From: Perna viridis
Lineage: Eukaryota
DNA: 64,000 nt
Reading direction: 5' to 3'
NCBI GenBank assembly: GCA_037379345.1
Contig: CM074511.1
Location: 25,651,171-25,715,170, forward strand
The translations under genes and the position numbers were made by a program. Of this stretch, positions 39,501-54,500 are shown piece by piece. How positions within the stretch are numbered: the first letter of the stretch is position 1; every line of letters starts with the position of its first letter. Below the pieces are notes generated by a model that was not told where the DNA came from, did no database searches, and saw only the letters and a program-made list of their open reading frames with translations.

Positions 39501-42500
39501 TGTGACTGCTTCACCACAGAGCCTGGTGAGTATTAATGTAAAATTGTTATTAAATGTAGTAAAATTTGAATAAAAATAACTATTTTTACATATAGAGTGC
39601 ACTTGTATATATTATTTTTTTTCAACTCAGTGCAGTCCTCCCAGTTTAAACAGACCACTGTTTGAAATTTACATTAAGTCAGGACAACTTTAAGATAGAC
39701 TATTAGAAAAATGTGTTTTGGACAGAGTTATCCCCCCTGCATTGATGATTTACCAATAGGCAAATTTTATCTTTTTTTTTTATTCTTTATTACTTAGAGA
39801 GCAGAAAGTGAAAAAAATAAGTAAAAGGTTTTATTCTTATCTTGTTTCTTCGAATGATCAATTCTTACAAAAGATGTTAATTACCTGAAATTGGCCCACT
39901 TCAGACAAGTGAAATGAACACTTCTCTCCAGGTTGTAACATAGCCAATATTTTCTCTTTCTATTTACAGGAAACAGCTGGGTGGGAGATAAATGTCAAGA
40001 ATCAGGATGTCCTGGAGAAGATGGGGCCTGTAATGGACATGGTAGCTGTAACTCTGCCCTGGGATTGTGTACTTGTGAACCTGGATGGAAAGGAGATGAT
40101 TGTGGAACCCCAAGTTGTCCTGGTACTCCTGAATGTAGTGGTGAGTTGAGTTGAGTTTGGATATGAAATATGATGATGGCAAATGTTCAGTTGGCTGTGT
40201 TACTGTTGTTTAGTGTATGAATAAGAGAGGAAAACTCCTTTTAACGTACCTGCTCCAAAGGAGAGATGGTATGCTGTTTTACCATTGTCGCTTTCCATGG
40301 GTAACATTTTTTTTGGTCACAATTTTCCCAGTAACTACTCATCACAGCAGCTTGAAATTTCAACACATTCTCCCTGTAGGTATGCCATATGGTGGGATTC
40401 ATTTTGGGAAAAATTTGACAAATTCCTGTTTACCCAGGACTTTGTTTATTTTCTTTATATCATGATTGAAAGCGGGGGTACCTACTTAGTGTGGTCTTTT
40501 ACTCAAGAAGTATTAAACCAATATTATTTAAACTTTGCACAATTCTTGTATAACTAAATTGAAGATGTGCCCTTCTTATTATGGACAAATCTGACTAACA
40601 TTAAATTTTAATTTTTAAACTTAGCCATTTCCCAGCAGTATATGTTGTCATAAGTTCATACTTATGTAATTTGTAACCTAACTAGAATTTTTTAAATTAC
40701 TTATTGTTTATGCATATTTTTTTTAAGATATTTATGTAGTTACAATTATATGACAGTAAGCCTGTGGTTCAAATATATCATCAGTCTTGCTTTGGAAAAG
40801 GCTGCTCACAAATGATTCAATTATCTCAATGTGAAAATAAATTAAAAAGAAACCTAAAACCTGTTTATTGTTACATGAACAATAAGATATAGACCTCAAC
40901 AGTTATCAGATTTAACCTGTATGAAATCAGTTCAAAGTTTACTATATAAACTGGTTCAAGAAATTTACAACACAAATGAGAATTTTAGTTCCGTGTAAAT
41001 CAACAATAAAAAGGAAAAAGTGTCATATACTTCTGATTTTGAAGAATTTGTCATTGTTCTGTCACCATGGATTTTATTTATTTTGTTCTCAGTGTCCTTC
41101 AGGGCTTACTTAAAGGTGTGTTTATACTTGTTGAAGGCCTTTTGGTGATCTCAGAAAGTATTTACTATTTTGTACTTAGGTTATATGCATGTGTATTTGT
41201 TGCATTTCACCATATCTGTCCTTTTTTCTATCATACTTTTTATACCCCTGCATCAAAGGAAAAAGGAACAGGGTTGTACTGTTTTTAACGCTTAGCCATT
41301 ACTCAGAGATTTATTGTTTAACATTTTTCCAGGCCCAGACCATGGTAACTGTACTGATGGTGGCAAATGTGGCTGTAATGATGACTGGTCAGGAGAATAT
41401 TGTCAGATTGCCTGTATGAATGGCACTAATGTTGATGGATTCTGTATCTGTGATCCTCCATGCTTCACAGGAATAAGCTGTCATCTTGAATGTAATGGTC
41501 ATGGATCATGTAATGATGATGGGAAGTGTGATTGTAACTATTATGGAACATATGAGGGCGAGAGATGTGATGAACCCAGCTGTCCAGGATGGCCAGAGAG
41601 GTGTGCTGGTCATGGAACTTGTAATCTTGCAACAGAAACTTGTGAGTGTGACCTCTACTGGACAGGTATAGCATGTGACATCCCTGACTGCCCCGGAACT
41701 CCAGACTGCAATGGTGTCAATGCTACATGTGCTATTGGACCTGAAGGAGGAAATCCCAGATGTTTGGATTGTCAGTACCCCTACATCGGTGATTCCTGTG
41801 AATACAGATGTATTCATGGCATTGGCATGAGAAGTCTTGATGGTAACTGGAACTGTATGTGTGACCCTTGCTACAGTGGTGTAGAATGTGATGCCCTCTG
41901 CAACAGTCATGGTACTTGCCAAAACAACACTTGTGACTGTGGTTTCAATGGTTACCGTGGTGACTGGTGTGAGAAAAGTGGTTGCCCTGGTTACAATGAA
42001 GATTGTTCAGGTCATGGTAGTTGTATTGCTGCCAAAGGACAGTGCATCTGTCAAGAAGGATGGGAAGGAAATGGTTGTCATGTTCCTAAATGTCCATCAG
42101 ACTGTAATGGTCATGGAAGTTGTGTGGTGGAGGATGATGAACCAACTTGTAGGTGTCACTCTTCATATTTTGGCTATATGTGTCAGCATTTCTGTGAACA
42201 TGGCTCTGTAAACAATGGAACTTGTGAATGTGATGCTTGCTACAATGACTACACTTGTCAACTAGAATGTTCTGGAACTGGCAACTGTACTAGTGATGTC
42301 TGTGACTGTGGATTCAATGGAGGTCGGGGTGACTACTGTGAACAACCTGGATGTCCTGGGTATGGAACTGATTGCAGTGGCAATGGTCAGTGTGCTCAGG
42401 GTAAATGTATCTGCTATGAAGGTTGGAAGGGTGATGGATGTGAGCAATCTGACTGTCTTGATAATTGTAACTTCAGGGGATACTGCAATGTATCGCTAGC

Positions 42501-45500
42501 AAGACCAAGATGTACCAGCTGTGAGAAGGGTTGGATGGGAGAATCCTGTAATGAAGTTTGTAATGGCATCCAGGAGCCTATGGATAGTGGAATCTGTGTC
42601 TGTGACAGCACATGTGCTTCAGGTGACTCCTGTGATATCATCTGTAGTGGCTTTGGCACATGTGACAACAACACATGTATTTGTGAACCAGGTCACTGGG
42701 GAGATAGATGTGAAGACCATCTATGCCTGGGAGTTGGATCCCTTTGTACTGGACATGGATCTTGTAATGTTGTGACCAAAGAATGTTTCTGCAACCCAGG
42801 ATGGTTTGGTGATGACTGTAGCATTCCTGACTGTCCTGGTGATCCAGACTGTAACAATCGGGGAAACTGCAGTGCTGCCACAGTCTACCCAACATGTGAA
42901 TGTAATGGTAACTGGACTGGGTATTCCTGTGAACTCCCTTGTGTGTTTGGTACTCCACAGCCAGACTTTACCTGTCAGTGTGATTCATGTTATTCAGGAA
43001 CTGGATGTGACTCTCTGTGTGGTGGACATGGAAGTTGTGATAACAATACATGTGTTTGTGATGTAGCATGGTGGGGTAAGTCATCTTTATTAAATTTGTC
43101 GAAGTCATTGAATGTAGAAATGTGATAAAGATTTGTTTTAGTCTTTTTTTATTTTGTTGTTCGAGAGAACAGCAATTAAAATCACATTACATGGCCAGCA
43201 AAATATGGGTCTTTCAGAGTATTTACAAACCCTTAAATAATTCATGATTGAACTAACTGAAACAATCCATTGCAGCATTAGGATGGTACAGTATAAGCAA
43301 AATAAGAGGTTTTAGTGTTTTGTTTTGTATATTGTTTGTTTTTGGTTTTTTTTGGGTTTTTTTTTTTTTTGTGAATACAAGATGTTGTGATTAAGTTCTA
43401 AAAATGGATGATTTAATGCAAATATTGCCAAAATTGAATCACAAAAATAACAACCTGCACATAATGTTACCTTTTATTTTTTTTTTTTTTTTCGCAAGTC
43501 AGATTAGGAAAAGGTCATGATTTTTACACTGAAGTCAATATTTTGATTTTTTAATTATCTTTCATTGTTTCAGGAGATGATTGTAGTGAGAGAGGTTGTC
43601 CTGGTGACCCAGACCATCCAGAGAAAGGAAGTTGTAGTGGACAGGGAACCTGCATTCTTGCTGATCAGAAATGTGACTGTTTCTATGGCTGGCAGGGTGA
43701 TGGATGTGAACTACCGGACTGTCCTGGAGATCCTGACTGTAGTAACAAAGGTAAAAATATACTAATTCAGCAGATAACTGTCAATTATACAATGACTTGT
43801 AAGAGGGGCCCTATACTACAATTATCTTTTGTTCATTGGTCAAATTATTTTAAAATTAAGTAGCAGTTGTGTATTATACCAGTATGTAGATGTGCATATG
43901 ATTACTGTTTGAAGTCTCAAAAGGGAGATAATTGAACTGAGGGATTTGTACATTCAACATTTAGCTCCCATTTAAATTAATTCTAATCATGAGATTCATC
44001 ACGCTTATAGACATTTTTGATTGGTCGAGAATGTCTTTGCCAGAAAGTTCATACTTGCATGAACTTGGCCAGATCATTCATACATGCATGAACGCCTTTC
44101 AACCTGAAATCAATATGGCGGCCATGTAGTTCGAAAGAGTTTTGCAATGAACTATATACACAGCATAACATAGCTGTAAGAATAGTTTATTACATCCACA
44201 TTGATTTTACCAGTCAAGTTTGTTTACAGAGAGTAATTTTTAGCTCTGGGAAAGAAACTTAAAATCTAACTGCATGTACCAGTAAATTCACCTTAAAATT
44301 AATGTCCCAGAACTAGATTTAATAAATACATTTACTGATTTAACACATTTCCAAAAAAAAAAATCCCAAATGTTGGGATAGAATTATAAGGATTAAACAT
44401 CTATTTTTGGTTGTTCATGCATGTATGAATGGATCTCTCCACTCCCAAACATGACATGAACTGCCTTCGGCTGTTCATTGAGATTGGAAGCTCCGAGATC
44501 CATTCATACATGCATGAACAACCCAAAATAGCTGTTTAATCCTACAATGATAAAATGTAAACATGATAGAATTAGTTTTCAATGCTTTAAAAAGAGAGAA
44601 AAATATGCTAGAAATGAACACTAAAAAGGCACTATAGTTCTTTGGTAAAAATTTTTGTGGTGTTTTTGGTTCAGTTTAATGAACTATGAATAAAATTTGA
44701 AACCAAATCTTCCTTAAGATACTCGAATGAAAGCAACATATAGCATACTGTGTGACCTCTATATTTTAATACTTATATAACATGAAAATTGATTCCCACC
44801 CACAACATTGTGAACAGCACTTGATTTTTTTAAAGAATCATTTAGTTTATGCGTAGTAGTGTACTTTTTAATCTAGTAAAATAATAAGCCATTCACAGCC
44901 ATTTTTTAACTTTTTTCAGGAGAATGTATCTTACTGAATGGTAACCCCACATGTGTTAACTGTACTGACTCTATGGGACCCTCATGTAACTATGACTGTG
45001 TCCATGGTATAGAGTATCCTCCTTTCTCCTCCAACTGCCTGTGTGATACATGTTACTCTGATTCTGGCTGTCAAACTCTGTGTTCCAACCATGGACAATG
45101 TACAAATGAGACATGTATCTGTGAACCAGGCTTCAAGGGAGATAACTGTGAACTTCTAGACTGTCCAGGTAGGATTTAATGATTTAAAAAAAAATAGGAA
45201 CATGATCTGAGTGTTGTTTATACATGTATTTTAATTATATTATTGTTCTTTAGGAATACATATTAGAGTTTTATTTGATTAACATATTAACTTTGCTAGA
45301 AAGTTGTATAAGTAACACATTCTGAAGTGGGAAGTCTCACAATAATATTTAGTTGTCTGCAATTGTGCTTCTGTCAGAAATTCATTTGGTAAGAATTAAG
45401 GTTTTGATGTGAATTGGTTAGCAATTTTAGTGCACCTACAAATAACATTACTGAACTTAGTTAACTTGTCCACCAAAGAAAAGTCACTGTTAATCATATT

Positions 45501-48500
45501 TTTTTTTTGCAGGAGAACCAGACTGTAGTACGTATGGGCTGTGTGTAAGGAAGGGCAATGCTTCAGTATGTGTATGTAATGGAGGATTTGATGGTGACGA
45601 CTGCTCAGATTTCATTTGCCCGGGTACTCCAAAATGTAGTGGAAATGGCCAGTGTCTCCTTGCCACTGGAGCTAGTGCCCCAGCCTGTCTTTGTGATCAT
45701 GGATTTGGTGGAATGGCCTGTGATAACTGTCTACCACACTTTGAGGGAACTAGTTGTGAAAGATGTGAAACAGGTTACATTGGATATAATACTACTTGTA
45801 GTGTGCTTTGTATACATGGAGATCCAACAGAATTAGGTATGATAATCAGTTTTCTATATGGTCTTGGAAACAATGAAAAGTTACTTATTGTCATTTCAAT
45901 ATTATTTATAAGTAAACTTACACCATATTAAAATTATAGACAGTTTTGATGTAAATATAGGTAGAAGAAGGCATTGAATCTTTCCAAATGAATACGAAAT
46001 TTAAAAAAAAATATCTATGTTAGTGAAATTTTTGAATGACCAAATTAACTTTGATTACAGGTGGAGATGTATGTCAGTGCCATGATGATGATATAAATGG
46101 ACACTGGACTGGTAGTGCCTGTGATGAGTGTGTGTCAGGATGGGATCTTCCTTCTTGTACTGTCTGTACACCAGGTAAGTTTTTACGTTTGCCAATGTAG
46201 TAATAAAATCCTTTTTTTCAACATTGTTTTCTTTTAATAAAATCCTGCTTTTTTCGTCAACACCATTTTCTTTCACTATTTAAATCTGTAATGAGAAATA
46301 TACAATCTCCAAAATGTTGTCATTGTTTATTGATCCACAAGTAGATGTTTTATTATGATATGATTGACATTGCTAAGGAGAAAATTAATGGAAAAGATCA
46401 TTTGTTCATTGAGGTTGAATTAGTTCAAACTTGACCACTGCCTGCAGAAATCTTTGCTGTGACATTATTTTTCAGTTTTTTTTTTAGTTAATTTATGTTT
46501 ATTTTCTTAGGTGCTAAAAAATAAATCATTTGATTGTAGACTTTGTTGGACCTGGACATTGTACCATCCCCTGTACTAACGGACAAGGTGAATATGCTGA
46601 CAAGAATGACGGAACTGGTGAAACAGAGCCCATTAAACCAGTTTTCCGCTGCTATACTGAGGAATCTGATGGAAACTATACTGCTTGGTTTGGGTACAAC
46701 AACACCAATGATCACAATATTTACCTTACATCATCCTATGAGAACTATGTGTCACAGTCTAGTTCTTCAGTATACCCTCCCACCAAGTTCACTTCAGGAT
46801 GGACAGGATATGCTCTCTCAGTCAAGTAAGTAGTCACGATTTACTCTGTTTTTGCTGAGTCATTATGTTTATTTCAGTGGACTTCAAAAGTACATTGACA
46901 ATGTCATAACTTATTTTAAATAATTTGTTTCATGTAAGAATACATTTGTAACCAATAAATAAACTGAAACCTGCATTGAATATTACTTATTCTAATGCAA
47001 CATTCGTTTATACATTAAATTAAAGTAGATAAGTAAATTCATTATATAGATTGCAGTGATTTACAGATTGTTCCCAGTGTAATTTTTTTTATAATTCACA
47101 CTGTGAAATAAATTCTATAATTTCACTCTCGTGCTTTCTCCTGCCAAAACGTCACAACACGAATATCAATCCGTCGTTCACAAAATTTTTAATTTGTGTT
47201 GAAAATAACAATAAATAATGGAGGAAATCTATATATTAAATAGGATAATCAATTGGTTATCGTGAATTACCAAAATATGATCTCGTGCCAAGAACACATT
47301 AACAATTAACTCTTGCACGGAACTTGTTCTGCACACTCGTTAAATGTAGGCATTCTTCGGCATTCGTGATCATATTTTGGTTATTCACTCTTTCCAATTA
47401 ATTATCCTATTATTCATGGTATAAATTGCACATTCACAGATGTTTTTTTTTTCTTTTTTCAAATATGGATTTTACTGTTTTGTAAACAAACTCTCGATTT
47501 GATGATAAGAGAAATTACGAGTTTGCCATGAGAAAATAAATGGCAGTGTGAAGCGTTCCCTTTGAACAATCATTTATGTTTTTTTTTTTGTGTGTGTGTT
47601 TTAATGGGTACAAGAAAGATAAGTATGTCTATAGATCATTTTGATAAATCATTTTCTATATTTTGTAGGTCTGAGTCAGGAACTGCCATAGTGAGATGGG
47701 TTGTCTCTTCCTCATATGCAAACACCATAATATCAGCTTCAGCTACTCTTTCACCTGCCATGAAGTGTCCCTCTGTTCCTATTGTGGTATGTAATTTAAG
47801 GTGTGTTGTCTGAACAATCAAACCTGTTGAAATAAAACCCTTTCTGTACTGAAAGATTTGTTCAGCTTAGGCAGGTGTTCAGGTTACGCAAGTTCAAAAT
47901 GCATCGAATTTGATATGAAGGGACTTCATAAGTTGTCTGTTTTAGGCAGATAATTGTTCATTCCAGGTTTAGTTTTGACAGGCTTGTCTACAAATACTGT
48001 ATAGGGCGTAATTTTCACTGGGCGCCAATATTTGCATACTCTGAGCTTAGTTACCTAGTATACCACTATGCATCCGCCAGAATAAGAAATGATAAAATTT
48101 TTCATTCACCTTTTTCCTTAAAATTGCCTAATTTTTCACCCGCCAAAATTACCCACTAAACGCTAAAACTCAATTGAAAAATCACTATTCATAGAAAAAT
48201 TTGGAACTAAACAAAATGTGCTTACTAGAAAGGTATAAATTGGTCCTACAAAACGGCCACAATTAACAGACACATGCCCAATGGCAGATCCAGAGGAGGG
48301 ATGCACCCCATTTTTATTTGAAAATTTGTCATTTTCATGTGTAAAATTGGCAAAAAATGGCAAATAATGTCTTAGCACCCTTCTTTTTCTGAGGAACCCC
48401 AGATGTCACCCCTCCTTTTCAAAGTTTCTGAATACGCCCCTGCATGCCAGTAATATTAAGTATGTTTACTCAGAGGATTTTGAAAAAAAAGAGAGTTATA

Positions 48501-51500
48501 ATGCAAAACAACCCAGAACAATTTTATAAAACAAAACAGGTTTTTTGGGGGGCTGAAGGTCATATGCTGTTAGTACCAAAACTTATTTGAATGGAAAAAA
48601 ATTGCAAGTATGTTATTCTCTACTTTTTATTCCCATATACAGTATAATGAGAAAGATCAATTTTATTTTCAGCCTGTTTTGAATGACCAGACTGGTTACT
48701 GTAAGTGCAAGGAAGGATACTGGGGATCAGAATGCCAGAACATATGTCCAGGTGGGGCTAACAATGCTTGCTATGGCAATGGAGTCTGTGATCCTGCTGC
48801 TGGTACCTGCTCCTGTTATGCTGGTCCAGAAGTAATAACTAATTGTGAGCAATGTAAGGCGGGGTGGTTTGGAAAAGATTGCTCAGTGGTTCATGTAAAC
48901 AATGACAATAAAGCTGGAGACAAGTTCCAAGGAAAATGCTACCACAGTGGTCACTTCATTACTTTTGATGGTGCTGCGTACAACTATCACTATCCTGGAG
49001 AACACTTGCTGGTATCAGGCCAGCTGCTATCTGGAATTCAGATCAAAATTCACATACTTCAGGTTCTCATGTCACAATACTACGCCAGTGTTGGAACTGC
49101 AGCTGTTGGTATACAGATCGACAGTCACAAGCTAGTGATATCTGTGTTAGATGAAGTGGTCTCTACCTGGTATGATGGAAACAAGATTGTAATTGGGTCA
49201 GGATTCACTGTTTCTGGAGTCACATGTAAACAAGTCTCCAGTTACCATTACCAAATAGTAGGAAGTGATCTGACAGTGGATATCTATCTGTTTGAGAACC
49301 ACCTCGATGTGTTTATTGGAACAGTTTCAACTTTCTGTGGTACTACAACAGGTTTACTCAGCAGTTGTAATCTGAACCATGAAGATGATTTCAAGACAGA
49401 GACGGGTGTAGTTCTAAATAGTACTGTAACACTGAACACAGACTCTATTCATGATATCTTTGGTCAGTCCTGGCTTGTTTTAGAGTCAAACTCAATATTT
49501 CATGGACTAGTATCTATCAAAAACAGTGGAGGTTTTGGTCTCTTTACCAATGGTTCAAATTGCCTCACAGAACCGATATCAACATTCACTGAATTTGTCA
49601 CCACAGTAGAACTAAAGTTCAAATCATCAGTTGTAAGCCCAGGATGCTATACAATCTGGTCATATAAAAATGACAACCTTGTTTTTACCACTGTGATCTG
49701 TGACAGCAAAATGACACTCTATTACCAGGACAAGAAAATATCATTTGCATCTTTAACAGTTGAAAAAGACACATGGTACCACTTTGCCTTTGTATGGAGA
49801 CTAGACACTAGAATTATCAACCTGTATCTTATTCAGGAAAGTTTACAAATCAACACTGATGTCCATGTTTTTCCAGCTTCAGACCCCAATCCATTTAAAC
49901 CTGGAGGAACATTTATGATTGGTCAGTGGAATTATCCAATAAGTGAAAGAGATGGAGTGAATTGGGGTTTTATTGGGACTTTTGATGACTTCAGAATCTG
50001 GAAGAAACAGCTGACATTGAACCAAATAAGGACTTATGCCTTCATTCATTTGACAAATTCATACACAGGTTTAGTAAACCATTGGAACTTCAATCTAGGA
50101 TATGGTCGACAACTAGTTGACTCTATTGGTGGCTTGAAAATTACAATGGTAGGAACACCTTGGCTGCATCCAAAATGGAACTTGGTAGACTACACCTTGA
50201 CATCCCTAGACAAGCAGATTTACAACATCTTCAGAAGTATAAGTGATAAGAACAATGACATAAAGGACATATGCCTGTCAACAATTATGTCTGCAGCATA
50301 CAATAACTCTTGCTCAAGTTATGGTTTGCAAGTTCAATTTTATTTGTACAAGCAGTGTGTTTTCAACGGCCATGTCATGACAGACAAAGATTGGACGATG
50401 GAACCAATCATCACATTATCAGACCACTGCTCAACCGATAGATCAATTATTACATGGCCAGCCAGGACATGGTGTGATTCTTTCCAAACTAGACAGTTTC
50501 CAAGGTGGACTGGAAATTCCTGCTCTACATCCTGTGTCTCTGGTGATTGGAACACAATCTGTGACTGTCATGATGGATTTTGGGGTACTTCATGTCAAAA
50601 TATATGTCCATACTCTGCTGGTTTGCCATGTGGTGGAGGAACCTGCCACTCTAATGGTACATGTGAATGTCTACCAAATTTTACTGGTAGTAATTGTGAA
50701 AATTGTGCAACAGGATGGTATGGAAAAGATTGCTCAGTCAGTCAAGCAGTTATTCCATCATCAGGTATTGCAGCTAAAGTATGTTCAGCCTTTGGCTACG
50801 GCCATTATACTTTGTTTGATGGTCAAACGTTCGATTTTACAGCCAATGGAGAGTTCGTCTTTGTCAAAGATACCACAGTCGCTGTCTACATAAGACAGAT
50901 TCCATGTGGTCAAGATGGAGCATCATGTGTGAATCAAGTTTGGATCCATACTCAGGGTGAAAACTTTACAATAGTATCAGCAGTACCAGGACAAAGTGGT
51001 GTACTTATGCTTCATAACAACCAAGAAATAACTCTGGATAGCAACCACAGTTTGACATCAACTGTCAAGGTAGTCCAAAATGGGGAAACGTCAGTCAACT
51101 TAGAATATGGATCTAATGTTATTACAATCGTCTATCACAGTTCAGTTCTTGAAGTATATGCAACACTAACACAATGTACTTCAGGTATGTCTGGTCTCTG
51201 TGGTATTTGTGATAGCAACAAGAACAATGACTTTGCCATAGGAGCAGGATCTACAGTAGCAATGACTGACATCACAAAGGAGATCATCAACACACGCTAT
51301 GCAGACTATTGGAGGATTGATTCAAGTGTCGGGTCTGGCTTTAAGTATGTGTTTGGTGGCATCGAAGAACCGCAAAGTGTCAATGGAGAAACCTATGTCC
51401 TTGCATTCAACGGGACTGGAGCATATACATCACAGCTTGAAAATCTGTTTGGATCATCTGGGGATGCAACTATACAAGTCAAATTTGCTGCCACATCAGA

Positions 51501-54500
51501 CGAAGGGTTAATAATGGCATATTACAAGGGAACCTCAGTATCCATTTACTTAAATGGCACGGTACATGTACTTTGGGGTGATGAAAAGATAGATACTGGT
51601 TATGCAGCTGAAGTTGATATCTGGTACCAAATTTCTCTGTCATTTGCTCATGCCACTAGAACTTTGAAGATCTACATTTTTACATCATCTGGCATGCAAT
51701 GGTGGCACCAGTTGACAGTTCAAACTACAGCACTCAAGAACAGTGGCTTTCTGAAAATTGGTGACTGGAAGGACAATGCTCCTATATCATTCAAGCATTT
51801 CAATGGTAAAATAGCTGAAATTGAAACATGGAAAGTTGCCCTAGATGTTTATGAGATACTGTTTACATCTAAAAGATTATTGTCGAAGAAATTTACAGAC
51901 TTGACATCATTATGGATATTCACCAAAGGTCATGGCTTTGTTGCTCGAGATGTGATTGGAGAATATCAGCTTATTCTACCATCCGATGATGTATATTGGT
52001 GGCAGTCAGATGTAGTTACCGATGGAGAATCACCAAAAGCAAAACCAAACGACACCTTGACAACAACTGCTAAAAAAATATGTAAAGAACACTTGCTCGA
52101 CTCTGCTCTGTCATCTGTCTGTGGACAACTTGGCGATGCAGTCTTGCAGTACCATTATGAGTCGTGCATTGCAGATATTATTGCATCATCAAGTGAGAAA
52201 GCCTATATTTTTAGTGTGTACTCATATATAGAATATTGTGAAAAAATAGCCAACCCACCAATATCACCTAGACCATCACTATGTACCGACAGTACCAATC
52301 CATTCTTTAATCTGCTGTGTTCACATTTATGTAAACATGGACATATCAACAACGATTTGGTTTGTGATTGTAACCATGGTTACTGGGGCGATGACTGTAG
52401 TGGCGTTTGTACAGGTGGTACAATTTCACCTTGCAATAATAATGGACTTTGTGTGAAAGCCACTGGGGAATGTTATTGTTATCCGTCATACTCGAATACA
52501 ACTGACTGTGCGACATGTCTTGAGCCATGGACAGGAAATGACTGTGATGTTATTATACCAGATGTAATCCCACCAACTGGTACTCCAAATTTACAGAATT
52601 ACACATGTGCACTATTTGGGAACAGTCATTTGCGCACATTTAATGAGTTACAGTTTAACTTCTTACAGACAGGGGAGTTTTACATCTTCAAATCATCAGA
52701 CACAAGCATATACCCAGAAGTTCAAATCAGAAATACTTACTGCTATGATGATTCGATTTGCATTGCAGCTGTATCTATCAAGTACAAGTCAAATACTGTC
52801 GTTGTCAGAGCACGATATCATTCAAATCAAGACACCTTAATTTGGATTGACGGACAGCCATTCACATTTGATGGAGAATTAGAAAGGCATCTGACCGACA
52901 TAGTTGTTTATCATCCAACCACATCAGAATTCGAAATAACAACCAAGTCTAGCAACCACCTAACAATATCAGTCAGATCACTTGAGCAACAACTGAATAT
53001 AATTGTCCTAACTGAAACACCATTCTGTAAGACACAGGATTACCTCTGTGGCCCATGTGACCCATCTGTAACCAGCACAGACACATACTCAAATACTTGG
53101 GTTGTCACCGAACCTGACAGTTTGTTTACATTGATGTTCACTAACAATGAGTTGATGGAAATGAGACAAGTCTCTACAGCAGGCTTTTGCATTTACTTTC
53201 AAGACTCAGTCTTAACTACCGATTTTCTTCCAGGCATTATCCGAAGTGGAAACGACTTCTCTGTTGAGTTTTTCTTCAGACCTGGTGATAATACAGGCGT
53301 GATAATGTCTTACAATACAAAGCTGTCCTTCATTGTTTACTTAGAAAACACATTGAAACTGAAAATCGGTCAAAACATTTATAACACAGGGATTAATGCA
53401 ACGCTTGAGAAGTGGCATCATGTAACTCTTGTATGGCGCCACGTATCATCACAAATGGTTTTCTACATGTTCAAAGAAACTGGAAGCTTTAACTTCATAT
53501 CATTTACCATAAATCATCAGGACATGTTCGTGGCCTATGGTTACTTTGGTTTTGGTCAACCACCGCAGCCCCCTCTTCCATCCGATAATGAAGCATACCA
53601 CAAATATTATACTGGAGATATTGACGAAGTCCGAGTGTGGCAGAAAGCTTTGTCGTACAATGACGTTCTCAAATACCAGATGAAGCGAGTTGAAACGACC
53701 ACTACTTCTCTTGCAATCTATTGGAAGTTTGATAATTATGGATCATCACTTATCTATGATGTGGTAGGTAAACACCACATTGAAGTAGTTGATTATGGAG
53801 TTCTAAGACAGAAAATAAAATGGCGAGTGTCAAGTCTTCAGATTAATTCACCAACAGTGCCATATTTCCATACCTATACTGACTTATCTAAACAACAAGA
53901 GGCGGATACCAAATGTAGAACATTAATTTTCCAATCTGTTCTTGGGAAAACTACAGGACCAAGTTCTGGAACATTGAACTTCTACTTTGCTGTGTGTACA
54001 AGTGATATTGCTAGCTCTGGTAAAATTGACATGTCTCTGACTATTGTCATAAACCTGGCAGATCTGTTTGTAAAATCTAAATGGACAGCAGCCTGGCCCG
54101 GAAAAAACTACTGTAATGATTTTGCCTCCCTTGTCTATCCTGGATGGGTTGGTAATGATTGCTCACAGAGATGTGATTTTCATAAATCTATTGGATCAAA
54201 CTCTTGTACATGTGAAACAGGATACTGGGGACCTTCCTGTAACAAGAGATGTCATGGTGGTACTCACAATATGTGCAACGGGCATGGAGAATGTGACCAG
54301 TTTACTGGTGATTGTAAATGTCAAATGAACTGGGCGGCTCCGAATTGCACATCATGTGCTCCTGGATGGTATGGAGAAGAATGTTCAGTTACAGTTCAAC
54401 CAGTTTTACCAGGTATTTCCAACTATTTCTGTGGCTTTTCTGGCAATGGGCATATAACCACCATAGATGGGGCAAGCTTTAGATTTCCAGAACATGGTAT

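Noticed and set aside
40217-41288. Intronic ORFs 40217, 40285 and 41067, and a possible degenerate SINE remnant near 41125..41230
   Set aside because: Low-complexity translations, no exon is needed for phase (w28 joins w29 directly), and the repeat similarity is too weak to support.
33400-46600. Assigning a tenascin or teneurin gene symbol
   Set aside because: Only the EGF type is shared; no FN3, fibrinogen, NHL or YD repeats are seen.
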